A DNA stretch of 59,764 bases, filler included, from 4 parts of 4 records of this genome joined end to end with filler, not necessarily neighbours in it, one strand, 5' to 3'. Positions 37,027 through 45,983 are shown, numbered from the whole stretch's first letter. Notes: generated by a model from the letters alone, not told the origin. Made by a program: numbers and translations.

Positions 37027-37947
37027 CTATTTATTTAATTCAAACACCTTTTCAGCAAATTGCTTTCCTAGGTCAATAAAGCCTTCACTATCGTAATGCC
37101 ACTTGTCTGAATACTTATAATAACGCGTTGTTCTTACAATGGCGGCATTACCATCAGTCTTTGCAAACTTTTCCTGAGCATACTGAACCAATTCTCCATA
37201 ATCCCAAACTTTACCATCTTTATCGTTCCATGAGTCTGATATTTTACCTACCACAACAGGAAGATCATCTACTCTGAGGCTGGCGCGCAATAAATCCATT
37301 AATCGTTTTAGATTGTAGTAATATCTCTGAGCAGTTTTTTCAGAATGTGCATCTGATTCGCCCTGCATCCATATAATTCCCATAGGAACCAGTACATCCT
37401 CTTTTCCATTGTGGTCAATATCTTTTTCTTTTACTGCGTTTTGAATCGTTTTTAAGCAGTGATCGTACTGGTTTACTCCGTTAACACCATTAAAATCTGG
37501 TTCCCAGCAGCCGGCTCTGCTACCGACTAATGTGTCAATGGCAGTTCCTCCTCTGGAGTATTTAATAATGGCTATTTTATCGTTGGGATACAGTTCATGT
37601 AAGCGTTTTGCAAAAGACAATTCCACACCAAAACGATCGGAAAGTTTATTGCCTGAACCGTCAGAGGTAAAACCTACTCCGTGTCCGGGTTTTAGTTTTT
37701 CCCAAATACCTAAACTGCCATCTTTTGCATTGTTATCTGCAGCTGAATTTCCATGAAATATCCAAACGTTTTTAAGTGTTTTATCCAAATCAGAAGGTAA
37801 GTCTTTTACATAGCCGTATCCATCCATGTTAGACTGACCTGCAAGTAGAAATACCTTAATGGTATCTTGTTTTGATTTTTGAGCAAATAAAAATGTTGGT
37901 GTAAGAATTATTGCCAATAGCAATAATTGGTAAGATTTAAAATTCAT
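37027..37947 (-). CDS. SASA-domain (sialate O-acetylesterase/CE6-like) esterase
   Basis: Signal peptide; LAGQSNM, WMQGESDA, DKWHY. Confidence 0.88.
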   Translation of the reverse strand: MNFKSYQLLLLAIILTPTFLFAQKSKQDTIKVFLLAGQSNMDGYGYVKDLPSDLDKTLKNVWIFHGNSAADNNAKDGSLGIWEKLKPGHGVGFTSDGSGNKLSDRFGVELSFAKRLHELYPNDKIAIIKYSRGGTAIDTLVGSRAGCWEPDFNGVNGVNQYDHCLKTIQNAVKEKDIDHNGKEDVLVPMGIIWMQGESDAHSEKTAQRYYYNLKRLMDLLRASLRVDDLPVVVGKISDSWNDKDGKVWDYGELVQYAQEKFAKTDGNAAIVRTTRYYKYSDKWHYDSEGFIDLGKQFAEKVFELNK

Positions 37948-38129
37948 AATAATTAAAAGTTGTTGATTTAAAATTAGTTAAAATTCTTTCCTACGAATAG
38001 AATAAGTATCGTATTTATTAAGTATAATACTGTTTTTTGAGCATAATTTTAGAGGACTGAAAGTTATATATTTTGTCAGAGCTGTCCAAAATATTTCAAT
38101 TAACTGGCGTTTCACCCAGACCCGACTTC

Positions 38130-38229
38130 NNNNNNNNNNNNNNNNNNNNNNNNNNNNNNNNNNNNNNNNNNNNTTAATTAATTAANNNNNNNNNNNNNNN
38201 NNNNNNNNNNNNNNNNNNNNNNNNNNNNN
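38130..38229. other. Artificial contig linker
   Basis: N-run + TTAATTAATTAA + N-run. Confidence 0.97.
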
Positions 38230-38486
38230 CAATTCATGAATTGCCCCTACACGAGGAGCAGAAATTTAGAAGAAAAATGTTGATACCTAAATTAATTGGG
38301 AAATTTAAAATGTTATCAGCAAAAAAGATTAATGAAATTAGAGGAATGCAAGGAGTTCCGGTTTGGCAAAGAAATTATTTCGATAACATATTAGTTGATA
38401 AGAAAACGTATATTTTAGTTTCAAACTATATAAACAATAATCCGAAAAACTGGAAAGAGGATAAATTCTATAAATATTTTAAATAG
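38230..38486 (+). mobile_element. 3' fragment of a REP-associated tyrosine transposase (RAYT, IS200-like Y1) containing an in-frame REP palindrome
   Basis: (A)IHELPL…RRKMLIPKLIGKFKM…VWQRNYFDNI…YINNNPKNW; DNA caattcatgaattgcccctac. Confidence 0.8.
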
Positions 38487-38525
38487 TCATTATATTATGG
38501 GGTTTTTCTAAAAAGGAGAGAAACA

Positions 38526-39653
38526 ATGAATTTACTAAATTTTATTATATATATGTTTTCTGATTATACGACACAGGTTATCGCTCTCGGTGCAGGTGCG
38601 CTGGGAATCGTTAGTGGAGTTCTCGGAAGTTACGCTGTATTGAAGAAGCAAAGTCTGATAGGAGATGCGATATCGCATGCTGCACTTCCCGGAATAGCGA
38701 TAGCTTTTTTAATAACAGGGACAAAGAGTACTTCTGTGTTATTAATAGGAGCGTTAATTGCAGGACTTGTAGGAACTGTGTGGATAGATAGTATAACCAG
38801 AAATACAAGAGTAAAAAATGATAGTGCTTTGGGAATAGTCTTGTCAGTATTTTTTGGATTTGGGATGCTATTACTTACTTTTATTCAAAAAATGCCTAAC
38901 TCTAACCAAGCCGGACTACAGAAGTTTATATTTGGACAAGCTGCAACCTTATTAATAACTGATGTCTATTTGATAGCCATTATTGGAGGAATATCTCTTT
39001 TTATTGTTTATCTATTGTGGAAAGAGTTTAAAATAATTACTTTTGATCCTCAATACGCGATATCAATAGGTTTCAATGTAAAGTTGCTGGATGGGATACT
39101 AATGGCAATGATAGTAGTTGCTATAATATTAGGACTTCAAACAGTTGGAGTTGTACTAATGAGTGCCATGATAATAGCACCTGCAGCAGCAGCCAGACAG
39201 TGGACAGATAGGATGAGTCTAATGATATTCTTATCAGCATTATTTGGAGCACTATCAGGTGTTATAGGAACAGCGATTAGTAGTAGCGGAGCGAAGATTG
39301 CAACCGGGCCTACGATAGTTCTGACGGCAGTAAGTTTTGTAGCGATATCATTTATATTTGCACCAAATAGAGGACTATTAGCTGCATTAATTAGAAGAAA
39401 ACAGAATCAAAGTAAAATAAAAGCAGATAAGTTAATTTTGTCACTATATAGAATGTTAAGTAAGCATAATGATATTTACCATGAGCATTCATGCCTGATA
39501 ATCAAAAAAAATCCTCAGTATAATCCAAATAACTATAAAGAGATTATTGAGAAAGGTTACATTGAAATTGATCATGAATGCTGGCGGATAACTTCTGAAG
39601 GAATAAAGTATGCTGAGAGTTTGGGACTGGTAGAACTAGAGGAGGGGATATAG
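38526..39653 (+). CDS. Mn/Zn/Fe ABC-3 transporter permease (TroC/MntC-like) with C-terminal soluble extension
   Basis: SLIGDAISHAALPG, FIFGQAA, FDP, VGVVLMSAM…PAAAARQW; AAGGAG RBS. Confidence 0.92.
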   Translation: MNLLNFIIYMFSDYTTQVIALGAGALGIVSGVLGSYAVLKKQSLIGDAISHAALPGIAIAFLITGTKSTSVLLIGALIAGLVGTVWIDSITRNTRVKNDSALGIVLSVFFGFGMLLLTFIQKMPNSNQAGLQKFIFGQAATLLITDVYLIAIIGGISLFIVYLLWKEFKIITFDPQYAISIGFNVKLLDGILMAMIVVAIILGLQTVGVVLMSAMIIAPAAAARQWTDRMSLMIFLSALFGALSGVIGTAISSSGAKIATGPTIVLTAVSFVAISFIFAPNRGLLAALIRRKQNQSKIKADKLILSLYRMLSKHNDIYHEHSCLIIKKNPQYNPNNYKEIIEKGYIEIDHECWRITSEGIKYAESLGLVELEEGI

Positions 39654-40823
39654 ATGACTGTAGCACAAATAGAGATACAATTAATCGCAGCACTAGTTGC
39701 AGCAGCCTGTGCGATTCCCGGAGTGTTTCTGGTTCTTAGAAAGATGGCTCTTGTAAGTGACGCCATTAGTCACTCTATATTGCCCGGGGTTGTAATTGGA
39801 TTTTTCATAACTCATAATTTGAACTCACCACTTTTAATAATAATAGCAGCAATAACGGGAGTGTTAACTGTTATGCTGGTAGAGCTCATATATAAAACAA
39901 ATTTAGTTAAAGAGGACACTGCAATTGGTCTTGTTTTCCCTGCTTTATTTAGTTTGGGAGTAATTATGATATCTAAAAAAGCAGCGAACATCCACATCGA
40001 TACAGATGCGGTGCTTGTTGGAGAACTAGCATTTGCTCCTTTTGACAGATTGAATCTGTTTAATATGGACTTAGGGCCTAAAGCATTGTGGGTAATGGGA
40101 ATAATTTTGATTATTAATATAGTTTTCTTTGTTGTTTTTTTCAAGGAACTTAAACTTAGTACTTTTGATGCCGGCTTAGCTGCTTCGCTGGGAATATCAC
40201 CTGTATTTATGCACTATATGCTTATGAGTCTGGTATCAGTGACTACCGTTGGTGCATTTGATGCAGTGGGAGCGATACTTGTAGTCGGGTTTATGATTGT
40301 CCCGGCTTCTACAGCATATCTGCTTACAGATGATCTGATTGATATGATATTTTACTCAGCAGGAATAGGTATAGTTGCATCTATATCAGGTTATTGGTTA
40401 GCTAATATATTAGACGCTTCAATTGCCGGCTCTATTGCAACTATGCTGGGACTTATTTTCTTTTTTACATATCTCTTTGCTACTGAGAGGGGAATAGTAG
40501 CTGTAATGAGGCGTAGAAAACGTCAAAAGCAAGAATTTAATCAACTAACCCTTGCAGCACATGTGTATAATCATGCCGGAAAAGAGGAAGCACTGGAAGA
40601 AAATAATATGAACCATTTTAGCGGTCACTTTAACTGGAATGAAATTACAGCGAAAGAAACGGTTTTTCTTGCTAAACAAAATGATCTGGTTTATGTAGAA
40701 ACTAATTTGATATATTTAACGGAAAAAGGTAGAAGATTTGCAGAAGAGGGATTAAAAATGTTACAATTTAATGCAGATATTGATTCTGATTTGAAGAGTC
40801 AGTTTATGATATTTAACGATTAA
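39654..40823 (+). CDS. Mn/Zn/Fe ABC-3 transporter permease (TroD/MntD-like) with C-terminal winged-helix-like extension
   Basis: DAISHSILPG, HIDTDAVLVGEL, AFDAVGAILVV; tail LIYLTEKGRRFA. Confidence 0.92.
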   Translation: MTVAQIEIQLIAALVAAACAIPGVFLVLRKMALVSDAISHSILPGVVIGFFITHNLNSPLLIIIAAITGVLTVMLVELIYKTNLVKEDTAIGLVFPALFSLGVIMISKKAANIHIDTDAVLVGELAFAPFDRLNLFNMDLGPKALWVMGIILIINIVFFVVFFKELKLSTFDAGLAASLGISPVFMHYMLMSLVSVTTVGAFDAVGAILVVGFMIVPASTAYLLTDDLIDMIFYSAGIGIVASISGYWLANILDASIAGSIATMLGLIFFFTYLFATERGIVAVMRRRKRQKQEFNQLTLAAHVYNHAGKEEALEENNMNHFSGHFNWNEITAKETVFLAKQNDLVYVETNLIYLTEKGRRFAEEGLKMLQFNADIDSDLKSQFMIFND

Positions 40824-40891
40824 TTACGGAGTTTGATATAAAACTATATTTTATGTAGGTAGCTAAATAACTGAGTAATAAAAGGAGCATA

Positions 40892-41308
40892 ATGAAAGCA
40901 GGAAAAGATTACATAGGTGTCGGAGCAGGAGCAGTTATTCTTAATGGTAAAAATAAGATTTTGTTATTAAAAAGACTGCGAAATCCGGAAATTGGTAAAT
41001 GGTCAATTCCGGGAGGTAAAATAGACTTTATGGAAGAAGCAGAGTCTGCTGTGATTAGGGAAATCAAAGAGGAATTGGGAATAACAGTGGAAGTTGAAAA
41101 ACTATTAGGTATAACTTCTCATATATTAAGAGAAGAAAAAGAGCACTGGTTTGCACCTGCCTATTTGGTTAAAATCATAGATGGAGTTCCAAAAAATATG
41201 GAACCTGAAAAACATGAGGAGATTAACTGGTTTTCTTTAGATAGTTTGCCGGCAGACTTAACAATCACAACGAAAAAAGCAATAGAGTACTTAAGTAAAA
41301 CTAAATAA
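40892..41308 (+). CDS. NUDIX hydrolase
   Basis: Nudix box GGKIDFMEEAESAVIREIKEELG. Confidence 0.93.
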   Translation: MKAGKDYIGVGAGAVILNGKNKILLLKRLRNPEIGKWSIPGGKIDFMEEAESAVIREIKEELGITVEVEKLLGITSHILREEKEHWFAPAYLVKIIDGVPKNMEPEKHEEINWFSLDSLPADLTITTKKAIEYLSKTK

Positions 41309-41318
41309 TAAATAAAGC

Positions 41319-41347
41319 AAAAGCCTCGGTAGGGATCCGAGGCTTTT
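41319..41347 (+). terminator. Intrinsic terminator
   Basis: aaaagcctcgg-tagggat-ccgaggctttt. Confidence 0.85.
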
Positions 41348-41482
41348 CATTGGGGTAATAGTGTAAGTTCAAAAATTCGTAGAATATATTAAAATTCTTT
41401 ATTATTTAACTATGTTTTTTAGATATGTTATACTATATCAAATTAATGGATAAAAAAAACGGTCATATGGCTGAAAAGAGGA

Positions 41483-42091
41483 ATGATGACAAATAATTTA
41501 TTTGATTTTATAAAAAAATATGAATTAGAAGAATATTTGAAAGAATTTTCTGAAAAAGATTATAAATTTGTTCATTTAAAAAAAGGTGAATATCTGATGA
41601 TGGCAGGAATGGAAAAGAGAAGTTTATTTTTCTTTTTTGAAGGTTATGTGAAAGTATCATCTGTATCTGAAACAGGAAATGAAACACTTCTTGAGTTACT
41701 AAAACCATTTGAAGTATTTGGAGATGTTGAATTCATTATGGAGAGCGATATCTCATATAATATTTATCTAAAAGAGGATAGTACTTTTTTAGAGCTTCCA
41801 TTTAGTAAAATCAAAAGAGGAAGTAGAATGTATGAACTTTTAGCCAAGAGAATGGCTATTAAAGTTCAGAGAACATCCAAAAAATATACAGAAAGAAAAC
41901 TGCTTGATAGTAAAGAGATAGTTTCAAATTTTATTATAGAAAACAAAGAGTATTTTTCTGATAAGATCGTATATAACGAATTTTCTAAACTGGTAGGTCT
42001 TTCAGAGAGACAACTGAGAAGAGTGCTTATTGAATTAGAAGAAGAAGGTTTTATTAAACGTGAAAGTAAAAGAATTTATATAAATAATTAA
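41483..42091 (+). CDS. Crp/Fnr-family regulator (cNMP-binding domain + HTH)
   Basis: LKKGEYL…EGYVKV…FGDVEF; VGLSERQLRRVLIELEEEGFI. Confidence 0.88.
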   Translation: MMTNNLFDFIKKYELEEYLKEFSEKDYKFVHLKKGEYLMMAGMEKRSLFFFFEGYVKVSSVSETGNETLLELLKPFEVFGDVEFIMESDISYNIYLKEDSTFLELPFSKIKRGSRMYELLAKRMAIKVQRTSKKYTERKLLDSKEIVSNFIIENKEYFSDKIVYNEFSKLVGLSERQLRRVLIELEEEGFIKRESKRIYINN

Positions 42092-42120
42092 ACAGGTCGG
42101 GATATTCCCGCCCTGTTTTA
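42089..42120. terminator. Bidirectional terminator between convergent genes
   Basis: aaacaggtcggg-atatt-cccgccctgtttt. Confidence 0.7.
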
Positions 42121-42136
42121 ACTAAAACACATTTTT

Positions 42137-43357
42137 TTAAATTCTCAAATATAGGTCTCGGATAATTTTTCCATCTTTATCACGCTCTTTTAGAGTTTCA
42201 ACTTTCCCATCATAAACGATGTCATAACCGTATTTTTTTCGAAGTTCAAAAGTTAAATCTTCTATTTTCTTTAAATTCTGATCTTTACATTTTTCGCCTA
42301 ATTTTAACTGGGTATACCTGTGAGCTACTAGCCCTCCGACACTTATTCCTATTCCACGAACCAATTTATTTAATTTTGCCAAATTAAGAAGTTCAAAAGC
42401 AATATCAAATATCTCCTCAGCACGGTTAATTCCCATGTGAAGCTGCCTTGTTTTTAGTTTATGATCATGTGATTCCCACCTTAGTTTAAGGCTTATAGTG
42501 GTTGCATAAAGCTCTTTTTTCTTTAGTTTAAAAGAAAGAACTTTTGAGATATCAATAAGAGTGTTTTTTAAGATTTTTATATCTCTGGTATTTTTCATGA
42601 GAGTGACAGAACGGCCGATACTTTTTTCTCCTCGTGAAAATGAATGAATTTCTCTTTCATCATATCCCTGTGATACGGCTTGAAGCCATTTACTCATAAC
42701 GGTCTTAAAGGCTTTTTTTAGTTCAAAGGGATCAAAGTTTTGTAAATCTCTAATAGTATAAATCCCAAGCATATTTAGTCTTAAAGTTATCTTCTCTCCG
42801 ATTCCCGGAATTTCTCTGACGTTTTTATCAGTCATCGCTTCTAAAAATTTATCTCTTGTATCCATATTAAAAAAACCATTTGGTTTTATTTTTTCAGCTG
42901 CTAATTTTGCAGTCATTTTATTATATCCTACTCCGACAGAACATGTAAGCTGTGTTATTTCAAAAATTCGCTTCTGAAGCTCTAAGGCTATATTGTCAGC
43001 GCCTCCAAAGAGCCATTCCGTATTTGTTACGTCTATATAGCCTTCGTCAAGTGAGATGAATTCTACGGAGTCACTGTAAGTTTCTGCAATTTCTCTGATT
43101 TGCTGATGAACAGCAGAGTAAACTCGACCACGGGGTTTAATAAACATAAGTTTGCTGCATAACTCTCTACCCCTTGCAGATGGCATACCCGATCTTACAC
43201 CATATTCTCTGGCTTTATAATTACAGGTTGTGATGATACTTCCTCTTTCTTCCGGTTGCCCTCCTACAGCTATAGGAAATGCTTTTAGAGCCGGATTATC
43301 TCTTTCCTCTACCTGAGCGTAAAAATAGTTCATATCATAGAGTACTATTTTTCTCAT
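42137..43357 (-). CDS. dinB: Y-family DNA polymerase IV
   Basis: YDMNYFYAQVE, CNYKAREYGVRSGMP, SLDEGYID, KLAAEKIKPNG, IPGIG. Confidence 0.93.
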   Translation of the reverse strand: MRKIVLYDMNYFYAQVEERDNPALKAFPIAVGGQPEERGSIITTCNYKAREYGVRSGMPSARGRELCSKLMFIKPRGRVYSAVHQQIREIAETYSDSVEFISLDEGYIDVTNTEWLFGGADNIALELQKRIFEITQLTCSVGVGYNKMTAKLAAEKIKPNGFFNMDTRDKFLEAMTDKNVREIPGIGEKITLRLNMLGIYTIRDLQNFDPFELKKAFKTVMSKWLQAVSQGYDEREIHSFSRGEKSIGRSVTLMKNTRDIKILKNTLIDISKVLSFKLKKKELYATTISLKLRWESHDHKLKTRQLHMGINRAEEIFDIAFELLNLAKLNKLVRGIGISVGGLVAHRYTQLKLGEKCKDQNLKKIEDLTFELRKKYGYDIVYDGKVETLKERDKDGKIIRDLYLRI

Positions 43358-43382
43358 GATTGATTCTCACCACCTTTATTCT

Positions 43383-43982
43383 TTATTTTATAAGTGAATC
43401 ATTATCTCTTGTACTTATCCACATTTCGTTTTGATAAGAAGCTGTTAATTCTTTTATGATTCTCAGGCTGTGTTCACGGAGCCAAACTTTCTCTTCATGC
43501 CTTTTTAGATAAACGGGCATAAATTCGTCAGTCTCTTTTAGAGTTTCATTACTGGGAGTGATTATCAAAGCAAATCCAACGTATCGTTTACCTTTTTCTT
43601 CCCAGGTATCATAAACAGCTCCCAGACTAAATATATGTTTGTAAAACACGTCAATTTTATAATTATTAACCTCATAATAATTTACAGGAACAATACAACG
43701 CCTGCTCCTGATAGATCCTCTGATTCTGGGATCTGTTAAAATAGTTTTAGAATCAATAGTATAGATTTTACTTTTTTTAGCTTTTTCTATTCCTTGAATA
43801 AAATGAGGAACTAATCCCCATTTTGCTCTGATTATTCCCTCTGAAGTAATAATAGGCAATAAATTATTGGAACCTTGAAAGATATTTTCCCCGAAATTAA
43901 GTTTTAATTGAGGAGTATCTTCTAATTTATAATGATTGCAGATCTCTTCTGCAGTCGAGTTAATGGCAAATGAGATTTCCAT
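43383..43982 (-). CDS. SRAP (YedK/HMCES) family homologue lacking catalytic Cys2 and His
   Basis: AKWGLVP, RRCIVPVNYYE, SLGAVYDTW, FALIITPSN…DEFMPVYL…WL; N-terminus MEISFAI in place of MCGRF; AAGGTGA RBS. Confidence 0.75.
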   Translation of the reverse strand: MEISFAINSTAEEICNHYKLEDTPQLKLNFGENIFQGSNNLLPIITSEGIIRAKWGLVPHFIQGIEKAKKSKIYTIDSKTILTDPRIRGSIRSRRCIVPVNYYEVNNYKIDVFYKHIFSLGAVYDTWEEKGKRYVGFALIITPSNETLKETDEFMPVYLKRHEEKVWLREHSLRIIKELTASYQNEMWISTRDNDSLIK

Positions 43983-44010
43983 TTTATCACCTTTTCCGAT
44001 TTAAAAAGAA

Positions 44011-44043
44011 TATATCCGTTTAATTACGGATATAAAAATTATA
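44011..44043 (-). promoter_or_regulatory. -10 box TATAAT (44038-44043) followed by palindromic operator TATATCCGT-N6-ACGGATATA
   Basis: Perfect 9-bp inverted repeat 44011-44019/44026-44034 overlapping the predicted transcription start. Confidence 0.6.
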
Positions 44044-44094
44044 CTACATTTTTTAATAAAATTCTATAGTTATATAAATTTATATGATATAGAT

Positions 44095-44125
44095 AAAAAA
44101 GAGAGAAGCTAAAAAGCCTCTCTCT
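44095..44125 (-). terminator. Intrinsic terminator of the 44150-45031 gene
   Basis: Minus strand agagagaggct…agcttctctc-tttttt. Confidence 0.7.
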
Positions 44126-44149
44126 AGAGTTTGAAATATAAGCTGTGGG

Positions 44150-45031
44150 TTATAAAAGTTCCATAAAGAAATCTTTGCTTTCATTTTTTTCATCAAATAC
44201 AATATTAACATTACTGTCAATAAGACTAACGTTGATTTCTTTAAGAGTTTTAAAGTCTAAACTGTGAACTTCTTTGATATTTTCAACTTTTGTCATAGGT
44301 ATATAAATAATAGATGAACTATAATTAACTCCAGGTACTTCCTTGAAATGTTTGTCTCTACCGACGATTATTAGTTCTTTACCGTTGTGTAAACATAAGC
44401 AACCAAGAAGATATGTTTTATGAAGTCCGTGAACGAAATCCATCAATCCTGAAGGAGCCATTTTACTATCTTTATCCATTTCCATTATAGATTGATTGGC
44501 AACAAATGATAAGTGGTCTTCTTTTGCACGTAATTTTTCTACTATGACTTTCTGATATGTTTCAAGTACGGGGAATTCAAGATTTTCTTTCATAGGTTTA
44601 ATGCCTTTTATATCTTCATAAGAGATATATTTAGCTCTGATAATATCCTCAATTTTTTTCATTTCTTCACTTGAAATAGAATTATACATGATGTCTATTG
44701 ATTTTTCTTTAGTACGAAGGATGAATTCAGCTTTTAATAATGAAATGCTATGTTTAATATAGAGGACATCTTTAAAATAAATTTTTTCATCAGTATACAT
44801 ATTATTTTCCTGTGAAATTAAATATATGTGATCAGGATAAACTCCGATTACGTTTTTGTAAAGTTCAGTTTCTTTTGTAATGTTCATTTTATTAATATTA
44901 GCAGGGATTTCAAGTAAATATTCGAAATTTTCGTTGTCCTGATACGCTTGTTGGTAATTCAAAGGCAGATCAGATATTTTTTCAACAGGATTGATCCAAG
45001 GGCCAAAATTCAATAATCTCTCATCTCTCAT
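44150..45031 (-). CDS. Hypothetical cytoplasmic protein (N-terminal FGPW motif)
   Basis: ~293-aa ORF; AAGGAG RBS 9 nt before ATG 45031; followed by a terminator. Confidence 0.7.
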   Translation of the reverse strand: MRDERLLNFGPWINPVEKISDLPLNYQQAYQDNENFEYLLEIPANINKMNITKETELYKNVIGVYPDHIYLISQENNMYTDEKIYFKDVLYIKHSISLLKAEFILRTKEKSIDIMYNSISSEEMKKIEDIIRAKYISYEDIKGIKPMKENLEFPVLETYQKVIVEKLRAKEDHLSFVANQSIMEMDKDSKMAPSGLMDFVHGLHKTYLLGCLCLHNGKELIIVGRDKHFKEVPGVNYSSSIIYIPMTKVENIKEVHSLDFKTLKEINVSLIDSNVNIVFDEKNESKDFFMELL

Positions 45032-45049
45032 TTTATTCATCTCCTTTTC

Positions 45050-45301
45050 TAGTGTAAACTCGCTTTAAAAAATATTTAAGTTTACACAAGCAAGCGAAAA
45101 CACAGCTTGTGTCTCACTCGTAAAAATGTAACAAACCCCATTAAGCCAACTTAAGAGCTTTGAATGGCATAGTGCAGCCAAAGGCTAAAAATAAATCCAA
45201 GTAAACTTAAGTAGATTAAATTTCACTATAAAACTTAGGGATTTACTTTTAAACGAAGCTCTCAATACATTATAACTCTCCACTCAGTAATATTATACGA
45301 G
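45050..45301 (-). ncRNA. Candidate structured 5' leader or ncRNA of unknown class
   Basis: Nested inverted repeats 45052-60/45079-87, 45100-04/45108-12, 45117-22/45296-301, 45154-60/45256-62, 45192-98/45239-45; G-U extensions favour the minus strand. Confidence 0.4.
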
Positions 45302-45517
45302 ATTAAATCTTAATAGAGAACACGCAATAAAGTCCTTTAGAATAAGGGGAAAAACTATATACTTATAAAGTATTAAAAACATTGATTAAACTATTTGTTG
45401 AAACTCGAAAAAAAAGTTGAAAAAAACTATGGAAATAAAGTTTCATGTGAATAATAGTTAAAGAGAAAACATTGAAAAGACTAAGATAACTTGTCAAGAA
45501 TTTTTTTTATAAAAATT

Positions 45518-45545
45518 TAAAGGAAATAATGATTTTATCCGATAT
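45518..45545 (+). promoter_or_regulatory. Sigma28 (FliA/SigD)-type promoter TAAA-N16-TCCGATAT
   Basis: TAAA 45518-45521, 16-nt spacer, TCCGATAT 45538-45545. Confidence 0.65.
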
Positions 45546-45603
45546 AATGATTATAAGGAGATACCAGGGATGGAATCTCAGAAAAGTCCAAGGAGGGATA
45601 AAT

Positions 45604-45858
45604 ATGTACACAGGAGGAGTAAGCAGTGGAGTGTATCCAAGTGCGTATAACATACGCCGAGTGGAAAGCAAACCATTAGCAAAAAATCAAACAAAACCGA
45701 AAGCAGAAGAAAAACCAAAACAGGTTTCAGCACCACATGTAGAAAAGAGAATAGACCAGTTAAGTAAGCAGTTTAAAAGTATCGGTCTTTATAACAATCA
45801 AGGAGCTAAAGTGGTAGCGAAATCAATCGTTGCAGGAAATTTAGACGTTGTAGCCTAA
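45604..45858 (+). CDS. Small basic hypothetical protein with C-terminal GNLDVVA motif (flagellar-regulon type)
   Basis: AGGAGG RBS before ATG 45604; 84 aa; own promoter and terminator. Confidence 0.65.
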   Translation: MYTGGVSSGVYPSAYNIRRVESKPLAKNQTKPKAEEKPKQVSAPHVEKRIDQLSKQFKSIGLYNNQGAKVVAKSIVAGNLDVVA

Positions 45859-45889
45859 AGCAAGGAAGTTTAACTTTCTTGCTTTTTTT
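45857..45889 (+). terminator. Intrinsic terminator
   Basis: aaagcaaggaag-tttaa-ctttcttgcttttttt. Confidence 0.8.
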
Positions 45890-45983
45890 ATATTTACAGA
45901 GAAAATATTCATGTATCTGCAAATTACTGTTTTAGCCAATTCATGATATAATTTAAGAAAATTAAAATAATCTGGAGAAGAAA

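Noticed and set aside
45270-45301. CUCGUAUAAU as the start of a purine riboswitch
   Set aside because: Lacks the AUAUGG, UUUCUACC and CCGUAAA core elements
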